Origin: a virus
Taxonomy: Duplodnaviria; Caudoviricetes
DNA length: 49,648 nt
Virus record (IMG/VR): IMGVR_UViG_3300030606_000009
Location: 1 to 49,648 of that record
Reading direction: 5' to 3' (one strand)
Below, one piece after another: positions 35,109 through 43,720 of this stretch. The notes under the pieces are model-generated. The model was not told the DNA's origin. It made no database searches and was given only the letters and a program-made list of their open reading frames with translations. The position numbers and the translations under genes are program-made. Positions within the stretch are counted from its first letter, which is position 1, and every line of letters starts with the position of its first letter.

Positions 35109-37439
35109 TCAGGCTGCGTCCTGTGCGTCAGCCGCAAGCACCGTGCTGTAGGCGCACCTGCAGCCGCGATGATCGGAGGGGGCGCACCGTCCCCACGGAC
35201 ACCCCCCGAACCCGTCCTCGGTCTCGGCCTGTGTGCCGTGCAACGCCAGATGGGCCGGAAACGACGCCCGGGAGATCGCCGGCCGGTAGTCCCACTGCAA
35301 CGCCCGCTCCTGCACGCCGAACCGTGACAGCAGGTTGATGAGCCGGACTGACGTGGCGACCCCGCGAGCCCTTAGCGCAACCTCCACATCCCTGATCCTG
35401 CCCGCGACGGCCCTGACCCGGTCGGCGCCGCCGGCACGGGCCAGCGCCTCCCGTACGGTCGCCGGGGCCACACGGGCGTCATGGTCGAACTCGCCCTCGG
35501 CCACAGGAGCCGGATCAAACAGGACCGATAGTGCCCCGGCAGACAGGGCGGCGGCCAGCCACGTCCATGCCGGCCCTGTGTCGTCGCCGGCCTCGCCACG
35601 GAACTCTGTGGCGGCGTCCGGTCCGACATGCTCTTCGACGAGCTGGGCGGCCCTGTCGTGGGCGTCGGCGACGATCCGTTCGAAGCGTGGGCGGAGCCGG
35701 CCGATCGTGTCTTCGACGGCTTCGACGTCGTCGAGCCCGAACGTGGCGACGATCTCGCGTCCGAGGGTGCGGGCGACCATGCTGTTGTCGACCCGGTCTA
35801 TCGCCGCCGCCAGCTGCGAATCTCCCCTGACCTTGGAACGGACCTTGGCGCCGACCCGTCGCACGGCTGATTCGAGGGTGGCTTCGGCGGCTTCGGTGAG
35901 CCGGTCGAATGCGACCGCGTCCGCTTCGGCAAGCCCTGCCGCCAGACGGTCGAGCGGGTCGACTGAGGCTGCGGCGACGGTCGCGACGGTCGGGCCGGTC
36001 GTGGGCGGGCCCGGCGCAGGCTCCCCGCCCGCACCCTCCCCGCCATCGCCGGCGTCGTCGGACGGGGCCGTGTCGGCGTCGCTTTCCCTGATGCCGGGCA
36101 GGCCGGCCAGCCGGTCATACAGCACATCGACACCGGGCTCGATCGCCAGCGACGGGGCAGCGGACACCATCCGCACCACGATCTGCGTCACCGGATCGCC
36201 CGTCGGAGCGTCCGCATCCGAAAACCCGAGCCGGTCCCGGTAGGCGCCGACCGAGATCGCCCCCGCCTGAAGGGCCTTGTGGGCGTCATCGGCCGTCGGG
36301 GTCGGATTGACGATGTCGGCAGGGTCAAACCAGATCACCCGGTCCGTACGGCCCAGCGCCTGATGGAGAAACACCTTCGTCAACGCGCCGACCGCGAACA
36401 CGGCCCGGGGCTGCAGATGCGCCTTCCACGTGGACCGTTCCACATACCAGGCGTTCCAGTTGTTCACGTCCGCCACGCCCGTCAGCACTTCCGGCGGCAC
36501 CCACAGCCCCAGACTCAGCCGTTTGACGTTGCGTTCGTAACGTTCCCCGATCGTCGCATCCAGGCTCGACTGGAGGCTGATGGTGCGGACCTGTTCGAGG
36601 AACTCGCCCTTGGCTTCGATCACGATCGGCGACAGACGGGAAGGATGCGATTCATCCGAGACCGGTTCGATCATCGCCTTCTGCAGGTCGCTGGCGAACC
36701 TCGACGGCCCCTGCGATGTGACCGTCGGATCGGGGGACACGATCGAGGCGCCTTCGGGGATGGCCAGCAGCGGGGCGACCAGCCGGGTGCGCAGTGCGGC
36801 ACGGTCGGCGGCCTCCAACATCAGCAGTTCCTCACAGGACGACAGGACCGGCCGGAACGGCGCGTCTGCGACAAGCCGACGTCGGGGGTGGGCCTGCCAG
36901 ATCCGTGCCGCATACGTCTCGTCAGGCAGCGGCGTCCCCTTGACGCCAGTGTCCTCGATCAGCTCGAACCGTCGGCCTTTGACCCGGAAGGCGTCGGTCG
37001 ACACGATCGACCACTCGTCGGGCCCCGCATCTTCGGCAGGCACCCCCAGCAGGATGCACTCCCCCACCACCGTCGTGTTGACCCCCAGGTCGTGCAGGAT
37101 CGGGCCGGTCGCCCCCAACGCCGCCAGCGCCTCGTACGCCTCCCGGTCGGCTTCCTCAGGAATCGGCTCATGGTCCGGATCGTCCGCATCGGCGATGTAC
37201 AGGCGCAGCCGGGCGAGCGCGTCTCCGACGAAGTTGGCGCCGTAGGCGGCCTCACCCAGCGTGTCCAGGTAGGCCCACGCTTCGGTCTGCCATTGTGGGC
37301 GGCGTTGCATCGCACGGGTCGCGAACTCGCCGGCTGCCGGCAACGGTTCGGCCGCCGCCACCAGGCCCCGGAACCGTTCGGTGTCGAGCTGGTAGTGGCG
37401 GGCGACGGTGCCGCCACGCATCCGGTCGAGCATGCTCAC
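35109..37439 (-). CDS. Portal protein with C-terminal MuF-like extension
   Basis: WQTEAWAYLDTLGEAAYG, PPEVLTG...NNWNAW. C-terminal PSDHRGCRC. Confidence 0.88.
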   Translation of the reverse strand: MSMLDRMRGGTVARHYQLDTERFRGLVAAAEPLPAAGEFATRAMQRRPQWQTEAWAYLDTLGEAAYGANFVGDALARLRLYIADADDPDHEPIPEEADREAYEALAALGATGPILHDLGVNTTVVGECILLGVPAEDAGPDEWSIVSTDAFRVKGRRFELIEDTGVKGTPLPDETYAARIWQAHPRRRLVADAPFRPVLSSCEELLMLEAADRAALRTRLVAPLLAIPEGASIVSPDPTVTSQGPSRFASDLQKAMIEPVSDESHPSRLSPIVIEAKGEFLEQVRTISLQSSLDATIGERYERNVKRLSLGLWVPPEVLTGVADVNNWNAWYVERSTWKAHLQPRAVFAVGALTKVFLHQALGRTDRVIWFDPADIVNPTPTADDAHKALQAGAISVGAYRDRLGFSDADAPTGDPVTQIVVRMVSAAPSLAIEPGVDVLYDRLAGLPGIRESDADTAPSDDAGDGGEGAGGEPAPGPPTTGPTVATVAAASVDPLDRLAAGLAEADAVAFDRLTEAAEATLESAVRRVGAKVRSKVRGDSQLAAAIDRVDNSMVARTLGREIVATFGLDDVEAVEDTIGRLRPRFERIVADAHDRAAQLVEEHVGPDAATEFRGEAGDDTGPAWTWLAAALSAGALSVLFDPAPVAEGEFDHDARVAPATVREALARAGGADRVRAVAGRIRDVEVALRARGVATSVRLINLLSRFGVQERALQWDYRPAISRASFPAHLALHGTQAETEDGFGGCPWGRCAPSDHRGCRCAYSTVLAADAQDAA

Positions 37440-37735
37440 CGTGGCACCACCTCGTCCAGCCACCCGCACACGGCCGCCGCCGACAAGGCGACCAGCCACG
37501 GGGCGGCAACCCCCACCGTCACATCAACCAGCACAACCACCGTCACGGTGAGCAGGGTGCCGACACACCATCCGCACGTCCACCCCGACGCCCACCGGGA
37601 CCCCAGCCGCCGTTCCGTCGCCGCAACGACCGCCCGACGTGCGTCGGCGATCCACGGGTGCTCGTCGACCGCCCACAGACGGTACAGCCGGTAGCCGGCC
37701 AGCCCCGCCAGCAGCGTCGCGACCAGCGGGCTCAT
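37436..37735 (-). CDS. DUF1360-like membrane protein
   Basis: LAGYRLYRLWAVD...TCGWCVG. Confidence 0.8.
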   Translation of the reverse strand: MSPLVATLLAGLAGYRLYRLWAVDEHPWIADARRAVVAATERRLGSRWASGWTCGWCVGTLLTVTVVVLVDVTVGVAAPWLVALSAAAVCGWLDEVVPR

Positions 37736-37959
37736 GCCTCAGCCTCGACCTGGGCCTCGTCCCACCATCTGTCGAGCAGCCCTTCCGTCTCCATGCAAAG
37801 CAGAGCATCTAAGACGGCCATGGAGGCTGCGGCCTTGACATGCTCGACCGGATCGAAGTCAGGCAGCCCCGAATGCAGCCGCCAGAACATCTCAGCCTTG
37901 GCTTCCGTCAGGAAGATGAGACGCTCTACGTCGTCGGAGACGACGGATCGGAAACTCAT
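37732..37959 (-). CDS. Hypothetical protein
   Basis: ATGA overlaps at both ends. Confidence 0.6.
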   Translation of the reverse strand: MSFRSVVSDDVERLIFLTEAKAEMFWRLHSGLPDFDPVEHVKAAASMAVLDALLCMETEGLLDRWWDEAQVEAEA

Positions 37960-38306
37960 GCGGGCTGCTGCTGGGCCAAAGCGACCACCTGTGCGGTCGT
38001 CAACGCTGCCGCCCCCGAACCTCGCCCGCACTTGCCGCAGCCGGCACAGCAGTCATGATCCAACAGCGCAACCTCGCTCCCGTCGGCCAGCTCCAAGGTC
38101 GTCTCCGATCGGGACCGGCGCCGGCCCACCTCACGGTCTGGGTCGGTCCGGCCTCGCCGCCAACCTGAGACTTCCCAGACGGCCGCACGGTCCCCCGACA
38201 GCTCCACTGCCACCGCCACCCCAGTGCTGTCCACCACCAGCCGCCACGGAGGATCGTTCACACGGCCGCCGGAGGGGACGATCCACTGCTGGAACGGACG
38301 GACCAT
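37956..38306 (-). CDS. Hypothetical protein with Cys cluster
   Basis: RBS AGGAGG. CCAGCGKCG. Confidence 0.65.
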   Translation of the reverse strand: MVRPFQQWIVPSGGRVNDPPWRLVVDSTGVAVAVELSGDRAAVWEVSGWRRGRTDPDREVGRRRSRSETTLELADGSEVALLDHDCCAGCGKCGRGSGAAALTTAQVVALAQQQPA

Positions 38307-38345
38307 CGGCGGGCCTCCTGCCGGACGACAAGATCATAGACCGGC

Positions 38346-39623
38346 TCAGCGCTGCCGTACCGGAACCCGCATTCCCGGGTCCGGCTGCTGCACCGACGCC
38401 GACGACCGCGACTCGGTCAGCCATGCGGTCGCATGAACCATCGCGTCCAGCCGGTCCGGGGACTCGGCAGACCCCGGAACCCACAGGGTCATCTCGTCCT
38501 CCAGACGGGCCTGCTGACCGACCACATGTCCGCGTGCCGGGTCGACCTCCCACAATGTCGAGACCGGCAGGGCCCGGTCGGCCTTGCCGCCCCGTCCGCG
38601 GGCCTTGATCTTGTGGACCGACACGTCAAACCCGGCCGTACGCACCACCGCCGCCACCGCATCGCCGCCATAGTCGGACTCGACCACCACCACCCCGCCC
38701 CAACGTGCCGCCGCCGCAGCCACCGCCACGCCCCACTGCTCACCGGAAGCGCCGGTCATCGACACGTCCTCCAGGATGTAGATGTGCCCGTCGACACCCA
38801 GGCCGACCACCACGATCCCGACCGTCCCCGAATCGGCCGGGTCCACCCCCACCGCCACCGTCAGCAGCCCCGGAGGCTCCGCCACCCGCGACCGCTCAAT
38901 CCAGCCCGGATCCCACAGCGCCCCCTCAACATGGTCGAGCAGCTCGCCGAGGACCTCCTGCCGGTACAGGCGGGTGCCGCCCATCTCCGCCTCGACCTTC
39001 GCCAGCCACGCCCGGTCCGCATGCACGTTGTCGTACGAGGACGCCCGGGTCACCTGCACCGTCTCGTCATCCCGCCAGCCCCGCAACACCGCGTGCGGCC
39101 GCGGGGTGGTCGTGGCGATCCAACGTGCCCCCGCCCGGCGGCGTGAAAGACGGGCCTGCCGGACCGCCTCGGACAGCTGCCGGTTCGCCGCAGCCTCCTC
39201 GAAATGGTCCACGTCAATGTTGGTCAGAGCACGCAGCCGGTCACAATCCTGAACGGTCGGGGTGCCGACCAGCCAGACCGTCGAACCGTTCGGCCACTCC
39301 ACCAGCGGCTGCTCGCCCGCCCGCGACCCCACATACCGCACCGTCCGGTCCGCCTCCAACAGGCCCGAAGGGCCCCGCACGCACGACTGGACCGCATCCG
39401 CCAACGTCGGAGCGATGATCCTGCCCCGCAGCCCCGGACGTCTCCTGGCCTGCGCCGCCAGCCACCGCACCGCCGCATACGTCTTGCCGCTGTCGCGGCC
39501 GGCCTGCAGCAGCCATCCGTCCCACCGTCCCTCCGGCGGCCGCTGATGATCCTGCAACCCCTCATCGACCGGCCCGGTGCCGGTGAGCATGTCGGCCGCC
39601 AACGCCCACACGTCAACGCTCAC
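38346..39623 (-). CDS. terL: Terminase large subunit
   Basis: AGRDSGKT Walker A, HFEE Walker-B variant, TTTP, RQEVLGE, VGVDPA, SPDRLDA. Confidence 0.93.
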   Translation of the reverse strand: MSVDVWALAADMLTGTGPVDEGLQDHQRPPEGRWDGWLLQAGRDSGKTYAAVRWLAAQARRRPGLRGRIIAPTLADAVQSCVRGPSGLLEADRTVRYVGSRAGEQPLVEWPNGSTVWLVGTPTVQDCDRLRALTNIDVDHFEEAAANRQLSEAVRQARLSRRRAGARWIATTTPRPHAVLRGWRDDETVQVTRASSYDNVHADRAWLAKVEAEMGGTRLYRQEVLGELLDHVEGALWDPGWIERSRVAEPPGLLTVAVGVDPADSGTVGIVVVGLGVDGHIYILEDVSMTGASGEQWGVAVAAAAARWGGVVVVESDYGGDAVAAVVRTAGFDVSVHKIKARGRGGKADRALPVSTLWEVDPARGHVVGQQARLEDEMTLWVPGSAESPDRLDAMVHATAWLTESRSSASVQQPDPGMRVPVRQR

Positions 39624-40231
39624 ACCGCCTCCGAACCCTCCACCAGCCGCAGCCTGACCACCTCCGCCACCGTCTCATCCGCCATGTCATGCCCCAGATC
39701 GGTGATGATGTTGCGGACCACCTCCGCCAGCATCCTCGCCTGCTGCTCCGCCAACCTGACCTGCCTCTCTGCGATACCGGCATCCAAGGCGGCCTTGGCG
39801 ACCTTCGCCAGATGCTCCCGCTCCTGACGGTAGAGGGTCAGCCAGACGCTCGGGGCCGCCTGCGCAGAAATCGACAGTTCAGGACGCCTGGCACCCAGAT
39901 CCGGGGTGGACGCCCTGGTGGTGCCCCACACCAGCGCCGCAGGGTCCATCGCCGCAACCACCGCTCCCAGCCACTGGACGTGACCTGCGGTACGTGCGAG
40001 TTCGTCGAGGATGGCCTGCTGGGGGTCGATGTCGACCGGCAGGCCGTAGGTGGCGACCGCCGTCCTGGCGGCGTGTTCGTGGCGTGCTTGTTCGAGGGGG
40101 TAGCCGAGGTGGATTTTGCAGCGGGTCTGGCCCTTGACGGGGTGTGCGCGGCAGGGGGTCATGCCGTGGGCGTGGGCCTGGCATCGGTCGTGAGGTTGCC
40201 CGCAGGTGTCACATCCCATGAGGTTGGCCAT
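39620..40231 (-). CDS. terS: Terminase small subunit (putative)
   Basis: N-terminal C...C...CKIH cluster, WLTLYRQEREHL...AGIAERQVRLAE. Coupled to terL. Confidence 0.72.
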   Translation of the reverse strand: MANLMGCDTCGQPHDRCQAHAHGMTPCRAHPVKGQTRCKIHLGYPLEQARHEHAARTAVATYGLPVDIDPQQAILDELARTAGHVQWLGAVVAAMDPAALVWGTTRASTPDLGARRPELSISAQAAPSVWLTLYRQEREHLAKVAKAALDAGIAERQVRLAEQQARMLAEVVRNIITDLGHDMADETVAEVVRLRLVEGSEAV

Positions 40232-40237
40232 GCGGCG

Positions 40238-40243
40238 ATTCTA
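40238..40243 (-). promoter_or_regulatory. Leaderless -10 TAGAAT for the terminase operon
   Basis: TAGAAT-N6-ATG with no RBS. Confidence 0.55.
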
Positions 40244-40245
40244 TG

Positions 40246-40692
40246 TCACCTGTAGCCGGCCATGCGTGAACAGACGGGCCATGCTTGCCAGCCTTGGGTA
40301 GTGAGGACGCGTTCGGCCACGGCAATCTGGTCTTGTGGGGTGGCATGTCCTGCATGGTCGGGCATCGTGGGGTCACGGTAAGCGTCCCAGGTGGCAGGAT
40401 GGAAGTTCGGGGCTCCCTCGTAGATGTCGCCGTGATCGAAGGTGACCCCGTAGTCCCATCGGTGGGTGCCCAGCTGGGGGACGCCGTCGATCCAGTCGCC
40501 CGATTCGCAAGCAATGATGCCAGCCCACTTGTCGGGGACGGTCCACGGCTGTTCGACCGGCGCCACCGGAGCCCGTGCGGCAGCCATCAGCGTCCGTGTG
40601 TCGGCGTGGACTTCCAGTGTCGGCGGCGGCTTCGTGGGCGCGGGCAACGAGAGTGTGACTGCTGCGGCGGCAGTTATGGCAGCAGTCCTCAT
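40246..40692 (-). CDS. Secreted resuscitation-promoting-factor-like lytic transglycosylase
   Basis: Signal-peptide-like N-terminus. WAGIIACESG, F...TW, ATPQDQIAVAERVLTTQGWQAWPVCS. Confidence 0.88.
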   Translation of the reverse strand: MRTAAITAAAAVTLSLPAPTKPPPTLEVHADTRTLMAAARAPVAPVEQPWTVPDKWAGIIACESGDWIDGVPQLGTHRWDYGVTFDHGDIYEGAPNFHPATWDAYRDPTMPDHAGHATPQDQIAVAERVLTTQGWQAWPVCSRMAGYR

Positions 40693-40931
40693 GGGGCATC
40701 ACCCTTCGGTGCCGCCTCGAACCGAACATCGCCCGGACCGCTGAGCGGCCACGCGCACTGGATGCGCGCGAGCTGATCGTCCTCGATCACGATCCCCACC
40801 AGATCCGAGTTCCCGCCCTGACCGAACAGCTTGCCGACAACCGTCACCGTCGTTGACATGTCGCCCTGCTGGAGCAGGTAGCGGCGTCCGATGATCGGCT
40901 GCCCCGTCTTGGTGAACCCCTTCTCAGCCAT
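40689..40931 (-). CDS. Hypothetical protein
   Basis: RBS GGAG. Coupled to the Rpf-like gene. Confidence 0.6.
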   Translation of the reverse strand: MAEKGFTKTGQPIIGRRYLLQQGDMSTTVTVVGKLFGQGGNSDLVGIVIEDDQLARIQCAWPLSGPGDVRFEAAPKGDAP

Positions 40932-40953
40932 CAGCATTCTCCGTCGTCAGTGG

Positions 40954-41022
40954 GCTCATGGACGGTGCAGTTCGTTGCGAAGGGCCGGGTCCGCAGTGAT
41001 CGGAGGGACCGGGGTGCCGCCG
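40954..41022. repeat. 69-bp direct repeat, copy 1 (copy 2 at 42502-42570)
   Basis: 60 of 69 positions identical by manual alignment. Confidence 0.9.
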
Positions 41023-41232
41023 CTGTCAGCATCCCACTGGTCGCGGTAGTGCTTGAGGATGTTCTCCATCCCTTCGTCGTAACGGCCACTGTCCCCCGAT
41101 CCGAGGTATCCAACCGTGAGCCTGCACCCAGTCCGTCAAGTACGCATCCATGTTCTCAGGCGCTGCGTGTCGGCGGTACCCCTCGTGCAGGTTGGTGGCC
41201 GAACGGACCTTGTCCTTCAACACATCAGGCAT
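40956..41232 (-). pseudogene. Probable frameshifted gene
   Basis: MPDVLKDK...AYLTDWVQ continues best in another frame as LTVGYLGSGDSGRYDEGMENILKHY...ADPALRNELHRP*. Confidence 0.45.
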
Positions 41233-41554
41233 CGGTGTCCTCCGTCTCCACGAACAGCCTCCGGTGAGGGCCGGGGCAGCGGGCGGCTGGGTAGTCGTGG
41301 ACAGCCAGGCTCTTGGTCGCATCACACCAGTCCAGTGGCACGGTGCGTGGGCCTTGATCGAGGCGCGCGTGTCGGCATTCGACCGCACGCAGCCGTTCGT
41401 TGTCTGCTCGGGCCTGCCGCAGAGCAGCGATGAGAGCAGGGACGTCCTTCCTCACCACGTGGGCCGCGTAGAGATTCGAGAAGCCGTACGGCTCGGCTCG
41501 CTTGGCTCTCGCCTCGATGGCGTCGAGCGCGGTGGAATCGAGAGGGTCAGTCAC
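41225..41554 (-). CDS. Ead/Ea22-like protein
   Basis: LDAIEARAKRA...RKDVPALIAALRQAR. Confidence 0.7.
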   Translation of the reverse strand: MTDPLDSTALDAIEARAKRAEPYGFSNLYAAHVVRKDVPALIAALRQARADNERLRAVECRHARLDQGPRTVPLDWCDATKSLAVHDYPAARCPGPHRRLFVETEDTDA

Positions 41555-41789
41555 GGCGCGTCCTCCCATGGGCGATCACGTTCGCGGGACATTCCGGATC
41601 GTCACACAGAAACTCGCTGGTCGAGATCCGTTCCATCTTCGGATCGACCAGCAGTTTCCCGTCCACGATTCGGTTCCTGGGTCCGAACTTGCGGGCGCAG
41701 CCCCAGCACTGCCGGACGTGGATGGTCCGTGAGGCCAGTTCGGCCCGCAGATCATCCAGCGTCACGTTGGACAGGGCAGCAGTCCTCAT
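41547..41789 (-). CDS. Hypothetical zinc-binding protein
   Basis: CWGC...CDDPEC. Confidence 0.6.
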   Translation of the reverse strand: MRTAALSNVTLDDLRAELASRTIHVRQCWGCARKFGPRNRIVDGKLLVDPKMERISTSEFLCDDPECPANVIAHGRTRRD

Positions 41790-42229
41790 GCCAGCCCCAC
41801 GAGTTCACGGCACGCTTCGTCGTTCTTGGGGGAACCGACACCCTCGGGCAGGCCGGTCTTCTGGCAGCAGGCGGTGCAGCGGTCGACCGACATGCGGGTG
41901 AAGAAGCCGGGGATGTGCCAGTCGCCAGGGGTCAACCCGCACGCTGACGGGCCGTCGTAGCCCCACGTGTCGACGTTGGGGGTGGCCGTCGGGCCCGGTG
42001 CGTGCAGGCGCTCGTCGTCGTGGCTGGCGAGCCAGTCCCAGCGGGCCAGCTCAACCAACGTCTGCATGTCTGCTCCGGCCGAGTGTCGCAACGAACCCGC
42101 CAAGTCGTCGACCAGCGTCCGTGCCTTCTCAAGCTCGTCAGCTGCTTCCAGCAGCAACTCCTTGGTGCGTTTGGCAACGGATGGATAGCGAGCACGGAAT
42201 CGCAGCCGCCAGATCAGATCGTCGCTCAT
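41786..42229 (-). CDS. Hypothetical protein with Cys motifs
   Basis: ATGA overlaps. RLH...ACG...RCTACC. Confidence 0.65.
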   Translation of the reverse strand: MSDDLIWRLRFRARYPSVAKRTKELLLEAADELEKARTLVDDLAGSLRHSAGADMQTLVELARWDWLASHDDERLHAPGPTATPNVDTWGYDGPSACGLTPGDWHIPGFFTRMSVDRCTACCQKTGLPEGVGSPKNDEACRELVGLA

Positions 42230-42507
42230 GGGCCTTCGTCTCCAGCCGGGTTTTCGATGTGGAGCCGCAGTTCCCAACTGGTGGACGTGCCGGTCGCACG
42301 CTCGAAAGCAGCGACGAAACAGGACGGGCACACGATGGCGGTCGCAGGGGTGCCCGAGCGTTCCCACTCGGTCCGCTGGACAAACCACGACGACACGTTC
42401 CGGTTGCCGCACCGATGGCAGAAGTCCTCCGGGTGGAAGTCGGGCCAGCCCCTGTCGCGCTGGACAATGATCTCTGCGGGCTTGACTCGCTGACGCGGCT
42501 CGCTCAT
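42226..42507 (-). CDS. Hypothetical zinc-binding protein
   Basis: CHRC...CPSCF. Confidence 0.65.
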   Translation of the reverse strand: MSEPRQRVKPAEIIVQRDRGWPDFHPEDFCHRCGNRNVSSWFVQRTEWERSGTPATAIVCPSCFVAAFERATGTSTSWELRLHIENPAGDEGP

Positions 42508-42570
42508 GGCCGGTCCGATTCGTTGCGAAGGGCCGGGTCAGCCTGGATCGGAGGGACCGGGGTGTCGCCG
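42502..42570. repeat. 69-bp direct repeat, copy 2
   Basis: Matches 40954-41022. Confidence 0.9.
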
Positions 42571-43070
42571 TCGAGCAGCGCCCCACGGCGTTCCTCCTGC
42601 TTGGTGCGGGCCGCCAGAACACGTTTGGCACACGACGGGTGGTAGAAGTGCGCCCCACCCAGCGGCCACTCGTTCTCGATACGCACCGAATGGGCGTCGG
42701 GATCGAGCGGCTCGTGGCAGTCCCAGCACAACTCGATCAGCGAACTGCGGAAGTCGTCACTCATCGGTGGCGTCTCGTGCAGAAACTTCCGCACCCATTC
42801 GACCGTTTCGTCCCTGTCGTAGGCCGGTGAAGCAGGCTCCGGGTAGCTGTCGGTGCCACCCACCCCTTGGTCCTCGACCTCGTCGGCAGCCCAGCGGGCA
42901 AGCAACCTCCAGCCGGAAGTCTCGCACTGCCAAGCAGCGTGCTCGCCGCCATGCCCGACAGGCAGCGTGCAGCGGAAGCCCGCACGGCGCCCTGACGTCG
43001 GCTGGAGCACGCCGCAGTAGCGCAGCGGATTGGATTCCGTCGTGGCCAGACGTTCTTCCCTGTCAGCCAC
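42504..43070 (-). CDS. Hypothetical protein with two small Cys/His domains
   Basis: CTLPVGHGGEH and CWDC...YHPSC. GTG after GGAGG. Confidence 0.6.
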   Translation of the reverse strand: MADREERLATTESNPLRYCGVLQPTSGRRAGFRCTLPVGHGGEHAAWQCETSGWRLLARWAADEVEDQGVGGTDSYPEPASPAYDRDETVEWVRKFLHETPPMSDDFRSSLIELCWDCHEPLDPDAHSVRIENEWPLGGAHFYHPSCAKRVLAARTKQEERRGALLDGDTPVPPIQADPALRNESDRP

Positions 43071-43248
43071 GGCCGTCCTCCATCTGCTCACGATGCTGCC
43101 GATGCCACCCCACAACCTGACGTTGCGACACCCCACAATCCGCCGACCACCCGCACGAACACCACAAACGCCAGCACTCCAGACTGTCCGCCGTATGGCC
43201 GACAAGCTCCAGCAGCTCGACCGTGTGAGTGTCGGTCGCCATCGTCAT
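43063..43248 (-). CDS. Small hypothetical protein
   Basis: CSCGW...WHRQH motif. Confidence 0.55.
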   Translation of the reverse strand: MTMATDTHTVELLELVGHTADSLECWRLWCSCGWSADCGVSQRQVVGWHRQHREQMEDGRG

Positions 43249-43424
43249 ACCGGCACCCGATCGCTGAGAAGCTCGTCCAGGATGATGCGGGTCAGTCCGG
43301 CCGACTTGGTGCCTTGAGTCTGAGTCGCGCCGACAAGCGCAGCCACCCACCAGCGGTCCCCGTCCCAACCGGACGGGTTCGAGTCAACGTGGAAGCCGAC
43401 GTGGCAGACGTCATTCTTGGTCAT
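43245..43424 (-). CDS. Small hypothetical protein (59 aa, not in the ORF track)
   Basis: MTKNDVCHVGF...ILDELLSDRVPV. ATGA overlaps at both ends. Confidence 0.5.
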   Translation of the reverse strand: MTKNDVCHVGFHVDSNPSGWDGDRWWVAALVGATQTQGTKSAGLTRIILDELLSDRVPV

Positions 43425-43621
43425 CTCGGTCCCTTCCTGTTGTCGTTTCCGAGCCTAAGTCTGCGTGCCCTACCCGCCGCCCTCATCGCCGACCGTTCAC
43501 GACGAATGCTGCGCTCATGCCGACGAAACCGCCACTCCCGCCGCAGATCCCCGCCCGACAGCATCAGGACCAACCCGACGATGGCGGTGAGCCCGAGAAC
43601 CATCCCGGTCGTCTCACTCAC
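43421..43621 (-). CDS. Small membrane protein with basic tail
   Basis: One TM segment followed by an Arg-rich C-terminus. Confidence 0.55.
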   Translation of the reverse strand: MSETTGMVLGLTAIVGLVLMLSGGDLRREWRFRRHERSIRRERSAMRAAGRARRLRLGNDNRKGPR

Positions 43622-43720
43622 GGGATCACCTCGGCGGAGCCGTCCTCCCGGACAAGATCAGGCAACGACGACGGGTCCGCAGTCACGGCCACAGCTCGCC
43701 CAGCCGCGCCTTCGCCGAAA

